Shown piece by piece: positions 54,915 to 64,000 of a DNA stretch of 64,000 bases. The position numbers were made by a program, and so were the translations under genes. Each line of letters begins with the position of its first letter. The first letter of the stretch is position 1. The notes under the pieces were generated by a model, which saw only the letters and a list, made by a program, of their open reading frames with translations, was not told the DNA's origin and searched no databases. This DNA is from an uncultured delta proteobacterium (lineage in GTDB: Bacteria > Myxococcota_A > Polyangia > Fen-1088), in the NCBI GenBank assembly GCA_963796685.1, contig CAWCMR010000015.1, positions 192,001 to 256,000 of the forward strand. Direction: 5' to 3'.

Positions 54915-56770
54915 CCAACCGGATCGACGGATCGCCGGCCTCGTCGCGGCCCGCGCCACGGCCCATCTTCCGCGGCGCGATGGGCGGCGGTTTCGGCCCA
55001 CCCGAGAAGGCCAAATCGTTCCGCGCGTCGGCCCGCCGCCTGCTCGGACGCCTCGGCCCCGAGCGCCCGCTGCTCGCGATCGTACTGCTCCTCGCGGTGG
55101 CCAGCGTCGGCTTGGTCATCGCCGGGCCCGCGATTCTCGGCCGCGCCACCGATCTCGTCTTCGGCCCGCTGCAGGCCCACCGGCCGATCGATTTCGTCGC
55201 GCTCGGCCGAATCCTGACGATCGCGCTCGCCGTCTACCTCGGCTCGTCGCTGTTCGGCTGGCTGCAAGGCCACTTGCTCAACGACGTCGTCCAGCGGACC
55301 GTCAAGCGGATGCGCACCGCGGTCGAGGACAAGCTGATGCGGGTGCCGCTGTCGTACTTCGACGGTCGCCCGCACGGCGAGATCCTGTCGCGCGTGACCA
55401 ACGATATCGACAATGTCCAGATGGGGCTCCAGCAGACCATGACCCAGATCCTCAACGCGATCCTGTTGGTCGTCGGGATCCTGATCATGTTCTTCGTGAT
55501 CTCTCCGCTGCTCGCCGCGATCGCCATCGTCACCGTCGGCGCGTCGGTGCTCACCTCCACCCGCATCGGCAAACACGCCCAGACGAGCTTCGTCGCCCAG
55601 TGGAAGCACGTCGGCGCCCTCAACGGCCAGATCGAGGAGGCGTTCACCGGCCACTCCCTGGTCAAGGTCTTCGGCCGCCGCGCCGACATCGAGCGCCGCT
55701 TCCGAGCCAAGAACGACGAGCTCTACGCTGCCGCGTTCCGCGCCCAGTTCGTGTCGAGCCTCATCATGCCGGCGATCGGGTTCATCGGGAACCTCAACTA
55801 CGTCGCCGTTGCGGTGATCGGCGGGCTGCGTGTCGCGGCCCACGCGCTCCTCCTCGGCAGCCTCCAGGCCTTCATCCAGTACTCGCGGCGGTTCACCCAG
55901 TCGCTCAGCCAGCTCGCATCCGTGGCCAGCGTCGTGCAGTCCGGCGTCGCCTCGGCCGAGCGGGTCTTCGAGCTGCTCGACAACCCCGACCAGTCGGCCG
56001 ACCGCGACGAGGCCGCCCTGCCGGCCTCGGTGCGCGGCGAGGTCCGCTTCGAGGACGTCTCGTTCCGCTACGCCGCCGCCGCGCCTCTGATCGAGCACCT
56101 GTCGCTGGTCGCTCGCCCCGGACAGACCGTCGCGATCGTTGGGCCGACCGGCGCCGGCAAGACCACGTTGGTCAACTTGCTGATGCGCTTCTATGACTTC
56201 TGCGCGGGCCGCATCCTGCTCGACGGCGTCGACACGGCGGCGGTGCCGCGTGCCGAGCTGCGCGCCCGGTTCGGCATGGTCTTGCAGGACACCTGGCTGT
56301 TCGGCGGGACGATCCGCGACAACATCCGCTACGGCAAGCCCGACGCCACCGACGACGAGCTGCTGACCGCGGCCAGGGCCACCTACGTCGACCGCTTCGT
56401 CCGTGCGCTGCCCGGCGGCTACGACACCGTGCTCGACGAAGAGAGCAGCAACCTCAGCGTCGGCGAGAAGCAGCTCATCACGATCGCGCGGGCGTTCCTC
56501 GCCGACCCGGCGATCCTGGTGCTCGACGAGGCGACCTCCTCGGTCGACACCCGAACCGAGGTCCTGGTCCAGCATGCGATGGCGACCTTGCGCGCCGGTC
56601 GGACCAGCTTCGTCATCGCGCACCGGCTGTCGACGATCCGGGATGCCGACGTGATCCTGGTCATGGACCAGGGCGCGATCGTCGAGCAGGGAACCCACGA
56701 CGAGCTGCTCGCCGCCCGCGGCCACTACCACGACCTCTACCACGCACAGTTCGCCGCCCCGTCCGCGTGA
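54911..56770 (+). CDS. Heterodimeric ABC exporter subunit (consensus NBD)
   Basis: GPTGAGKT, LSVGEKQ, LVLDEATS, AHRLS. Confidence 0.93.
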   Translation: MTNRIDGSPASSRPAPRPIFRGAMGGGFGPPEKAKSFRASARRLLGRLGPERPLLAIVLLLAVASVGLVIAGPAILGRATDLVFGPLQAHRPIDFVALGRILTIALAVYLGSSLFGWLQGHLLNDVVQRTVKRMRTAVEDKLMRVPLSYFDGRPHGEILSRVTNDIDNVQMGLQQTMTQILNAILLVVGILIMFFVISPLLAAIAIVTVGASVLTSTRIGKHAQTSFVAQWKHVGALNGQIEEAFTGHSLVKVFGRRADIERRFRAKNDELYAAAFRAQFVSSLIMPAIGFIGNLNYVAVAVIGGLRVAAHALLLGSLQAFIQYSRRFTQSLSQLASVASVVQSGVASAERVFELLDNPDQSADRDEAALPASVRGEVRFEDVSFRYAAAAPLIEHLSLVARPGQTVAIVGPTGAGKTTLVNLLMRFYDFCAGRILLDGVDTAAVPRAELRARFGMVLQDTWLFGGTIRDNIRYGKPDATDDELLTAARATYVDRFVRALPGGYDTVLDEESSNLSVGEKQLITIARAFLADPAILVLDEATSSVDTRTEVLVQHAMATLRAGRTSFVIAHRLSTIRDADVILVMDQGAIVEQGTHDELLAARGHYHDLYHAQFAAPSA

Positions 56771-56822
56771 GCGCGCGCGGCGGGCCGCGCTTTCATCGTC
56801 GCCATTCGGCGCTCGATGACGA

Positions 56823-58454
56823 CTACCCGGCTGTGTGCGGCAGGCGCCGCGGGCGCCGCTTCCGATCTCGGCGCCACCTTGCCGCGAGGAGTATGCCACT
56901 GCCCATCAGGGTGGCCAGGCTGATAGCGACGCCGGGGTAGAACCCGACGGGGACGAAGGTCGCCTCGACGCGATTTTGTCCGGCGGGCACCGCGACCAGA
57001 ACATTTCGGCCGTGGATGCGAGCAGCCAAGCCGGCGGTTTGCCATTCGAGCCTGCGACGGCTGGTGTGCAGGGGCAGAAGCAACTCGGAGGGCCGGGTCG
57101 CACGCACGTCCCAGACCAATCTATTCGGCGAGGTCTCCACCACCGAAACGGTTGCTTCGCCGGATTCGACCCGGGGCAACACGGGTGACCACGGACGGGT
57201 GAGCACGGGATCGCCAGCCCCGAAATCCTGCCACGGCATCGTCTCGAGGTAGCGCTCGCCGACCAACAGTCCGAGCAGCGCCACGAGCAGCGGCACGCGC
57301 AGCCGGCGCCACCGCGCGTGGCCGGCCAGCCAAGACTCCACGAGGGGAAGGCCGCGTGCGGCGACCAACCAACAGCAAAACACGAATACCGAAAGCAGCC
57401 GCGCGGGTACGCGTTGCCCGGCGATCGTCCACGACCTGAAACCAAGGTCGACGGCCAATGCGAGGGCCAGGGCTGCGACCAGCACCAGGATCGATTCGCG
57501 GGCGCGGCGGGCGGCCCACAGGCCCGCCAGGAGGAGCGCCGCTCCGATGAGCCCCACCGACGCGTCCCGCTCCCACGAAAACGGCACCAGCGATCCGCTG
57601 TAGCCATGGCCCGAGGCGAAGACAGGACCCCCGATGGTCAGGGCTCGCGCGAGATCGCTGGCGGCAATACCCTGGAAGAGCTGGGGCGGCTCGAAGGCGG
57701 CAAATCCATAGGCCGAGGGCAGCACGCGGGCGGCGGAGAGCCCGACCGCGAACAGCAGCGCCAGCGCAAAGACCCGTAGCGGGGCGAGGCTGCGTTCCTG
57801 CGCCGCCCACAGCAAGGCCCAGGCCGCCAGCAGCGCGACCAGCCAGATGGCCGGGTGATGCTGCCCGGCGATGATGAGCAGGGCGATGATCCCGCCGAGG
57901 CCCATGGTGCGGACGGTGTCGCAGCCCATGGACACGGCCCGCTTGAAAAGCAAGGCCGCGAACGGCCACAGGTACACGCCGAGCACCCAATGGTGACCCA
58001 CGATGAAATTCGAGACGGGAAAACCTTGCAGCCCGAAGATCGTAGCCAGCAGCGCAGCAGTCAAGGGCGTGGCGCCCAACCCGCGCGCCAGCAGATAGGC
58101 CCCGCAGATGCCCGCGGTGGCGTAGGCGACGAACAGGAGCTTCAAGTATGCCTGGGCGTGCATGAAATAGAGCAGCCACACCATCGGGTTCAGGATCGGC
58201 GACTCCGGCAACGAAGCGAGGCTATGGGTCCAGGTCTCGTACTGCTTGGGCAGATACAGTGGAAGGGCGCCGTGCTCGCGCAGCGACATGTGAATCCACT
58301 CGTAGAAATGGACGTGTTGTTGCCAATCCAAGGCATCGAAGGAGCCGCCGAAAAGCAGCTTGTGGTAGTACGCGACCAGCGCGCCGGCGACCAGGGCGCC
58401 GGCGAGCAGCGCGCCTCCGGCGCGCCGGAGCGCGCTCGTGAAGCGAACCGCCAT
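56823..58454 (-). CDS. Polytopic membrane protein, YfhO/GT-C-like
   Basis: Many TM helices, G-x-LPLY, NP motif, C-terminal V-x-VPAG...F-x-P plus terminal helix. Confidence 0.6.
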   Translation of the reverse strand: MAVRFTSALRRAGGALLAGALVAGALVAYYHKLLFGGSFDALDWQQHVHFYEWIHMSLREHGALPLYLPKQYETWTHSLASLPESPILNPMVWLLYFMHAQAYLKLLFVAYATAGICGAYLLARGLGATPLTAALLATIFGLQGFPVSNFIVGHHWVLGVYLWPFAALLFKRAVSMGCDTVRTMGLGGIIALLIIAGQHHPAIWLVALLAAWALLWAAQERSLAPLRVFALALLFAVGLSAARVLPSAYGFAAFEPPQLFQGIAASDLARALTIGGPVFASGHGYSGSLVPFSWERDASVGLIGAALLLAGLWAARRARESILVLVAALALALAVDLGFRSWTIAGQRVPARLLSVFVFCCWLVAARGLPLVESWLAGHARWRRLRVPLLVALLGLLVGERYLETMPWQDFGAGDPVLTRPWSPVLPRVESGEATVSVVETSPNRLVWDVRATRPSELLLPLHTSRRRLEWQTAGLAARIHGRNVLVAVPAGQNRVEATFVPVGFYPGVAISLATLMGSGILLAARWRRDRKRRPRRLPHTAG

Positions 58455-58741
58455 GTAAACGATCACGGCCCCCAGTATACATCGACACCTTCTCTGCTCT
58501 GCGTTAGGCGATGTCATGGTGAGAAGTTTGCTGTGAGAAGAGCGACGGCGAGCCCACTTTCGGCCGCGCATTTGAGCACTCGAGTGGGTGCAAGGAGGCC
58601 TGGACGAGACCAAGTCTATTCGCATAAGCCTTTGTAATCATAAGTTAAATTGGCAGCATTATGCGGTATTCAGACAGCTTGATGCCGAATTGGCCGATCT
58701 CGCGCCAGCCCTTGACTTGCCCCTCGGCCTCTGCAACTATG

Positions 58742-58776
58742 TCGTTACGGAATTCACAGCGTGACTTCATGCACAG
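58742..58776. promoter_or_regulatory. Two tandem imperfect Rex operators just downstream of a sigma70-like promoter (TTGACT-N17-AACTAT, 58712-58740)
   Basis: tcGTtAcggaaTTCACAg and gcGTGActtcaTgCACAg versus the consensus TTGTGAA-N4-TTCACAA. Confidence 0.55.
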
Positions 58777-58793
58777 CGGTTCGGGGGCGGATC

Positions 58794-59483
58794 ATGAACA
58801 AGCGAAAAATACCAAGCCGGTGCGTAGAGCGACTCAGCATCTACAGGCGCGCTTTGCTTCAGGATAGGCGTCTGCATGGTCCCAGCATCTATTCCCACGA
58901 GCTGGCGTTCGCCTGCCGCCTGACGGCGGCGCAGGTGCGCCGGGATCTGATGCTCATCGGGTACAGTGGCAGCCCGACCTCGGGCTACGAGGTCAAACGG
59001 TTGCTCTCGTCCATCGGCTCATTGCTCGATCCGCCGAACGTGCGCGAGGTGGCCATCGTGGGTATGGGGCACCTCGGCCGCTCCATCGCGGCCTACCTTG
59101 TGAATCGGTCGCCCAAGATTCAACTGACCGCGGCCTTCGACGTGAAACCCGACAAGATCGGCGCCACCTTCAGCGGCGTGCCGTGCTACTCGGTGCAGAA
59201 GCTGGCCGAGGTGGTTTCGTCGAGGGGCATCGTCATCGGCATCTTGACGGTGCCATCCGAGAACGCCCAGGAGATGGCCGAGCAACTGGTCCGGGCAGGC
59301 GTGACGGGCATCCTCAATTTCGCCCCGGCCTGTTTGCACATTCCCGAAAAGATACACGTCGAGAACATCGACATGACGGTGGCGTTGGAGAAGGTCGGCT
59401 TTTTTGCATGCGGCAGCCATAGAAGAAAAGGAAACATCGATGACCACAGCAGCACGAGCAACATCGACCAAACCGCTCCTTAA
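58794..59483 (+). CDS. rex: Redox-sensing transcriptional repressor Rex
   Basis: RLSIY, QVRRDL-x-x-x-G-x-x-G-x-x-x-x-GY, VGMGHLG, GILNFAP. Confidence 0.95.
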   Translation: MNKRKIPSRCVERLSIYRRALLQDRRLHGPSIYSHELAFACRLTAAQVRRDLMLIGYSGSPTSGYEVKRLLSSIGSLLDPPNVREVAIVGMGHLGRSIAAYLVNRSPKIQLTAAFDVKPDKIGATFSGVPCYSVQKLAEVVSSRGIVIGILTVPSENAQEMAEQLVRAGVTGILNFAPACLHIPEKIHVENIDMTVALEKVGFFACGSHRRKGNIDDHSSTSNIDQTAP

Positions 59484-59934
59484 GGAGTTCGGGGCGGCCA
59501 AGCGAGACAGTCTGATCCCGATCCTGCAGAAGGCGCAGGAGGCCCATGGCTATCTGTCCGAAGAGGCGATCGCGGAGATCGGACGCCACCTGAAATTGCC
59601 CGCCAGCAAGGTCTACGGCGTCGCGACCTTCTACAACCAGTTTCGCTTCACGCCCAAGGGCAAGTACCACATCATGCTGTGTCGTGGGACCGCCTGCCAC
59701 GTGAAGGGCTCGCTCAAGTTGCTGGACGCGGTCACCCGCACGCTGAAGTTGCAGGCGGGACAGACCACGCGCGACGGGATGTTCAGCCTGGAAGTCGTGG
59801 CCTGCATGGGCGCCTGCGGCCTGGCCCCGGCCGTGAGCATCAACGGCGAGATGTACGCCAAAGTCACCCCCAAGAAGGTCGGCAAGATCATCGATGAGTG
59901 CCGCGCCAAGGAGCAGACCCATGCCCGTGCTTGA
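59440..59934 (+). CDS. NuoE-like [2Fe-2S] subunit of a multimeric [FeFe]-hydrogenase (HydC/HndA-like)
   Basis: VATFYNQF, CRGTAC, CMGACGLAP. Confidence 0.92.
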   Translation: MTTAARATSTKPLLKEFGAAKRDSLIPILQKAQEAHGYLSEEAIAEIGRHLKLPASKVYGVATFYNQFRFTPKGKYHIMLCRGTACHVKGSLKLLDAVTRTLKLQAGQTTRDGMFSLEVVACMGACGLAPAVSINGEMYAKVTPKKVGKIIDECRAKEQTHARA

Positions 59935-62900
59935 AACACCCGCCAAGACAGCCTGCTGGACCGAACCCTCGCGTCCCACCGCCGAGCTTCTGACCAAACT
60001 GCCCGTGGGGCAGCTTTCGGCCAAGGCCGGTGGCGACATCAAAGAGCGCATCACGCTGCTCCGCCGCGAGAAAGTCGGCAAGCCCACCCTCTTCATCGGG
60101 ACCGGGACGTGTGGCCTCGGCGCCGGCGCGGCCAAGACCATGGAAGCGGCCAAGGCCTACCTCGCCGCCAAGAAGCTCGACGCGGACGTCATCGAGGTCG
60201 GCTGCCTCGGTATGTGCTCGGAAGAGCCCATGCTCGACGTGCAGTTGCCGGGCAAGGCGCGGGTCAGCTTCTGCCGCGTGACCGCCGACCGCGTGGCCTC
60301 GCTCCTCGACTCGGCGCTGGCCGGCAAGGTTGAGGGGGACCTCACGCTGGGGCAGTTCCGCAGCAAGACGGCCGAAGCCTGGCCGAATGTGCCTTTCCTC
60401 GACAAGCACCCGTTCTTCGCCCCACAACTGCGCTGGGTGCTCGCCAACTCGGGCATCATCGATCCCGGTAACATCGACGAGTACATCGCGCGCGGCGGTT
60501 ATGCAGCGATGGAAGCTGCCCTGCGCACGAAGAAGCCGGAAGAGGTGGGCGACATCGTCACCAAGGGCGGTCTGCGCGGCCGTGGCGGCGGTGGCTTCCC
60601 GACCGGCGTGAAGTGGAAGTTCGCGCGCGAGACCCAGGCCGACCAGAAGTACCTCATCTGCAACGCCGACGAGGGCGATCCCGGGGCGTTCATGGATCGC
60701 GCGGTGGTCGAGAGCGATCCGCACCGCCTGCTCGAAGGCATGGTCATCGCGGCCTATGCCATCGGCGCCAGCAAGGCGTACATCTACATTCGCGCCGAGT
60801 ATCCGCTGGCCATCAAGCGGCTCAAGGCCGCCATCCCCAAGGCGACCGAGTACGGGCTCCTCGGCAAGAACATCCTGGGCAGCGGTTTCGATCTCGAGAT
60901 CGTGCTCAAGATGGGCGCCGGAGCGTTCGTGTGCGGCGAAGAAACCGCGCTCATGCAGAGCATCGAGGGCAAGCGCGGCATGCCGCGCCCGCGCCCGCCG
61001 TTCCCGGCGGTGTCGGGTCTCTTCGGCAAGCCCACGGTCATCAACAACGTCGAGACCCTGGCCAGCGTGCCGGCCTTGATGGAGATGGGCGGCGATGCCT
61101 TCGCCGCGGTCGGCACCGCCAAGAGCAAGGGCACCAAGGTGTTCGCGCTCTCGGGCAAGGTCAACCGCACCGGCCTGGTCGAGGTGGCCATGGGCACCAC
61201 CATCCGCGAGATCGTCTTCGACATCGGCGGCGGCATCCCCAACGGCAAGAAGTGCAAGGCCGTGCAGATCGGCGGCCCGTCGGGCGGCTGCATCCCCGAG
61301 CCCAAGATGGACATCATCGTCGACTACGACGCCATCAAGACCGTCGGCGCCATCATGGGCTCCGGCGGCCTGGTCGTTCTGGACGAGAACACCTGCATGG
61401 TCGACCTGGCCAAGTTCTTCATGGAGTTCATCGGCAACGAGAGCTGCGGCAAGTGCATCCCCTGCCGGGAGGGCACCAAGCGGATGCTGGAGATCCTGCA
61501 GGCCATCACCCGGCCGCGGCGGCGCGAGAACGGCAGCGATGCCTTGCTGCGCTTCCAGGGCGTGATGCAGCTCAAGCAGCTGGCCGAAACCATCCGCATC
61601 AGCTCGCTGTGCGGCCTTGGCCAGACCGCGCCCAACCCGGTGCTCACCACCCTGCGCTGGTTCCGCGACGAGTACGAGGCGCACATCTTCGACCGCGCCT
61701 GCCCGGCCGGCACGTGCAAAGAGCTGGTCGGCGCTCCCTGCCAGACCGGCTGCCCGGTAGGCACCGAGGTGTGGCGCTATGTCGCGCACATCGCTCGCGG
61801 CGAAACCGAGCTGGCCTACCAGACCATCCGCGACGCCAATCCCTTCCCGTCGGTGTGCGCACGCGTGTGCAGCCACCCCTGCGAGGAGGTCTGTCGCTGC
61901 GGCGCCACGGGCGGCGAGCCCATCGCCGTGCGCGCGCTCAAGCGCTACGTGGTGGATCACATCGACCCCAGCTCGTACACGGTCACCATCAAGCCAGCCA
62001 CCGACAAGTCCAAGAAGGTGGCGGTCATCGGCGCCGGTCCGTCGGGCCTCACCACGGCCCACTACCTGTCGCAGAAGGGGCACAAGGTCACCGTGTTCGA
62101 GAAGGAAAACGAACCCGGCGGCATGCTCTTCAACGGCATTCCGGCGTACCGCCTTCCGCGCGAGGTCGTGCGCAAGGAGATCGCGTCGCTGCTCAACGCG
62201 AACATCGAGCTCAAGTGCAACATCGCGCTGGGTAAGGACGTGACGGTCGACGGACTCATGGCCAGCGGTTTCGACGCTGTCTACGTTTCCATCGGCGCGT
62301 ACAAGAGCCAGCGTCTTGGCATCGACGGCGAAGACGTGGCCGGCGTGATTCCGGGCATGGCCTTCCTCAAGGCCAATAACCTGCGCGACGAGAAGCTGGC
62401 CAAGGGCAACGTGGGCATCATCGGCGGCGGCAACACCGCCATGGATGCGGCCCGCGTGGCTTTGCGCCAGCCCGGCGTCAAGAAGGTCACCATCCTCTAT
62501 CGCCGCACGCGCGACGAGATGCCCGCCTTCGCCGAGGAGGTTCACGCCGCACTCGAAGAGGGCATCGAGCTCAAGGAGCTGGTCGCTCCGGTCTCGGTGT
62601 TGTCCAAGGACGGCAAGCTCACCGGCATGCACATGATTCGTAACGAGCTCGGCGCGCAGGACGCCAGCGGCCGGCCGCGACCGGTGCCGGTCAAGGGCAG
62701 CGAATTCGAGCTCGCTCTCGATACGCTGATCGTGGCCATCAGCGAGCAGCCGGAGGCCGAAAGCTTCCAAGGACTGCGCACCACCAAGTGGGGCACCATC
62801 GAAAACAACCCGGAGTCGTTGGCGGCCGGCAAGCCCGGCGTGTTCAGCGGTGGCGACGTGGCGCGCGGACCGACCGGCGTCATCGAGGCCATCGCCGACG

Positions 62901-63181
62901 GCAAGCGCGCGGCGTTGATGATCGACCGCTACCTCACCGGACGGCAGATGAAGATGATCAAGAAGGTGAAGTTGCCTTCGATCTACATCGAGCCGCTCCT
63001 GGACGCCGAGGACGACGAGGAATCCGAATCCGTCGCGGTCCGCGCGGTCGAAGAGATGGTGCCCGCCGCCAAGCGGCGCACGAGCTTCGTCGAAGTCGAA
63101 ATGGGTCTGTCGCTGCAGGCGGCGACGGATGAAGCAAGAAGGTGCCTGCGCTGTGACCTGGACTTCACCCGACCCCTTTGA
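59921..63181 (+). CDS. NuoF-like (HydB) FMN/NADH subunit fused to a GltD/NfnB-like FAD/NADPH module
   Basis: GRGGGGFPTG, NADEGDPGAFMDR, GGPSG, ESCGKCIPCREG; then CQTGCP, CARVC-x-HPCE-x-x-C, IGAGPSG, GGGNTAMD...YRR, C-terminal RCLRC. Confidence 0.92.
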   Translation: MPVLETPAKTACWTEPSRPTAELLTKLPVGQLSAKAGGDIKERITLLRREKVGKPTLFIGTGTCGLGAGAAKTMEAAKAYLAAKKLDADVIEVGCLGMCSEEPMLDVQLPGKARVSFCRVTADRVASLLDSALAGKVEGDLTLGQFRSKTAEAWPNVPFLDKHPFFAPQLRWVLANSGIIDPGNIDEYIARGGYAAMEAALRTKKPEEVGDIVTKGGLRGRGGGGFPTGVKWKFARETQADQKYLICNADEGDPGAFMDRAVVESDPHRLLEGMVIAAYAIGASKAYIYIRAEYPLAIKRLKAAIPKATEYGLLGKNILGSGFDLEIVLKMGAGAFVCGEETALMQSIEGKRGMPRPRPPFPAVSGLFGKPTVINNVETLASVPALMEMGGDAFAAVGTAKSKGTKVFALSGKVNRTGLVEVAMGTTIREIVFDIGGGIPNGKKCKAVQIGGPSGGCIPEPKMDIIVDYDAIKTVGAIMGSGGLVVLDENTCMVDLAKFFMEFIGNESCGKCIPCREGTKRMLEILQAITRPRRRENGSDALLRFQGVMQLKQLAETIRISSLCGLGQTAPNPVLTTLRWFRDEYEAHIFDRACPAGTCKELVGAPCQTGCPVGTEVWRYVAHIARGETELAYQTIRDANPFPSVCARVCSHPCEEVCRCGATGGEPIAVRALKRYVVDHIDPSSYTVTIKPATDKSKKVAVIGAGPSGLTTAHYLSQKGHKVTVFEKENEPGGMLFNGIPAYRLPREVVRKEIASLLNANIELKCNIALGKDVTVDGLMASGFDAVYVSIGAYKSQRLGIDGEDVAGVIPGMAFLKANNLRDEKLAKGNVGIIGGGNTAMDAARVALRQPGVKKVTILYRRTRDEMPAFAEEVHAALEEGIELKELVAPVSVLSKDGKLTGMHMIRNELGAQDASGRPRPVPVKGSEFELALDTLIVAISEQPEAESFQGLRTTKWGTIENNPESLAAGKPGVFSGGDVARGPTGVIEAIADGKRAALMIDRYLTGRQMKMIKKVKLPSIYIEPLLDAEDDEESESVAVRAVEEMVPAAKRRTSFVEVEMGLSLQAATDEARRCLRCDLDFTRPL

Positions 63182-63209
63182 TGGTCGCGGCTTTTAGAAA
63201 GAAACAAAC

Positions 63210-64000
63210 ATGCTGACCATCGAAATCAACGGAAAGAAACTGGAAGCCAACAAGGGCGAGACCATCTTGGCGGTCGCGCGCAGAAGCGGCATCGAGATAC
63301 CGACCCTGTGCCATATGGAAGGCCTCATGCCGAGCGGCTCGTGCCGCATGTGCGTGGTCGACGTCGAGGGCTTCCCCAATCTGCTCACCGCGTGCTCGTA
63401 CCCGGTGGCCGACGGGATGAAGGTGAAGACCCATTCGCCCAGAGCCCTCGAAACCCGCCGGACGATCGTGCAGCTCCTCCTGGCCAATCACCCGGACGAC
63501 TGCCTCTACTGCGCGCGCAGCTCGAACTGCGACTTGCAGGGGCTGGCGCGCGACCTCGGCGTCTCGCGCCGCGAGTACCACGGGTTCCGTGCCAAGAAGA
63601 GCCTGGACGTGTCGGGGGCCTCGCTGGTGCGCGATCCGGAGAAGTGCATCCTGTGCGGCAAGTGCGTGCGGGTGTGCGAGGAGATCCAGTCGGTGTCGGC
63701 CATCGACTTCGTGGGCCGCGGCAGCAAGACGGTGATCGGAACCGCGTTCTCGCGCGGGCTGGCCACTTCGAGCTGCATCAATTGCGGTCAGTGCGTGGTG
63801 GTGTGCCCGACCGGCGCGCTGGTCGAGCGATCCTATGTCACCGAGGTTCTGGGCGCCTTGCGCGACCCGGACAAGTTCGTGGTCGTGCAACACGCGCCCG
63901 CCGTGTCGGTCACCCTGGCCGAAGAGTTCGGCGTGCCGCCGGGAACGGATTGCGACGGCCAGATGGTGGCCGCCCTTCGCCGCGCCGGGTTCAAGCGGGT
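63210..64000 (+). CDS. [FeFe]-hydrogenase group A catalytic subunit (partial; H-cluster motifs lie beyond the window)
   Basis: Manual translation: IPTLC...CRMC [2Fe-2S], H-x-x-x-C-x-x-C-x5-C, two CxxCxxC ferredoxin motifs, then VVQHAPAVSV-x-LAEEFG marking the start of the hydrogenase domain. Confidence 0.85.
   Translation, partial: MLTIEINGKKLEANKGETILAVARRSGIEIPTLCHMEGLMPSGSCRMCVVDVEGFPNLLTACSYPVADGMKVKTHSPRALETRRTIVQLLLANHPDDCLYCARSSNCDLQGLARDLGVSRREYHGFRAKKSLDVSGASLVRDPEKCILCGKCVRVCEEIQSVSAIDFVGRGSKTVIGTAFSRGLATSSCINCGQCVVVCPTGALVERSYVTEVLGALRDPDKFVVVQHAPAVSVTLAEEFGVPPGTDCDGQMVAALRRAGFKR

Noticed and set aside
53190-62770. Long minus-strand ORFs (603, 678, 960 aa) over the ABC and hydrogenase genes
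   Set aside because: Antisense shadows
59440-64000. Respiratory complex I nuoEFG
   Set aside because: GltD fusion, Rex context and the QHAPAV hydrogenase-domain start argue for an [FeFe]-hydrogenase

Overview
High-GC window, most likely from an anaerobic Myxococcota/Polyangia-like bacterium (inferred from the TIGR02266/PEGA protein, Gly-linker lipoproteins, bactofilin and the deltaproteobacterial atp layout). 1-12.1 kb is core genome: atpF'FHAGDC behind a bactofilin, then ggt, a PilZ-like/PEGA protein and an amidohydrolase. A tRNA-Asn(GTT) at 12158-12233 is followed by an accessory region running to about 51.7 kb. It holds a coupled 7-gene defence operon (GmrSD-like DUF262/DUF1524, hsdM, DUF1016, hsdS, hsdR, YgjP/M48, small unknown protein) and a patch of fused remnants (second hsdM and DUF1016, AbiEii/AbiEi, serine recombinase). 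It also holds an intact orphan helical+MBL protein that is a candidate defence gene, an ergothioneine egtB-egtD operon with its own ABC importer, redox genes, secreted lipoproteins (GH28, beta-propeller/RCC1, LamG) and a 163-bp MITE. The window ends with hslR, a PhaR-like gene, a TetR plus heterodimeric ABC exporter, and a Rex-preceded [FeFe]-hydrogenase operon whose NuoF-like subunit is fused to a GltD-like module. About 15 frameshifting bases, nearly all single-base insertions and concentrated in the RM operon, look like long-read errors rather than real decay. All calls come from reading motifs by eye; no searches were run.
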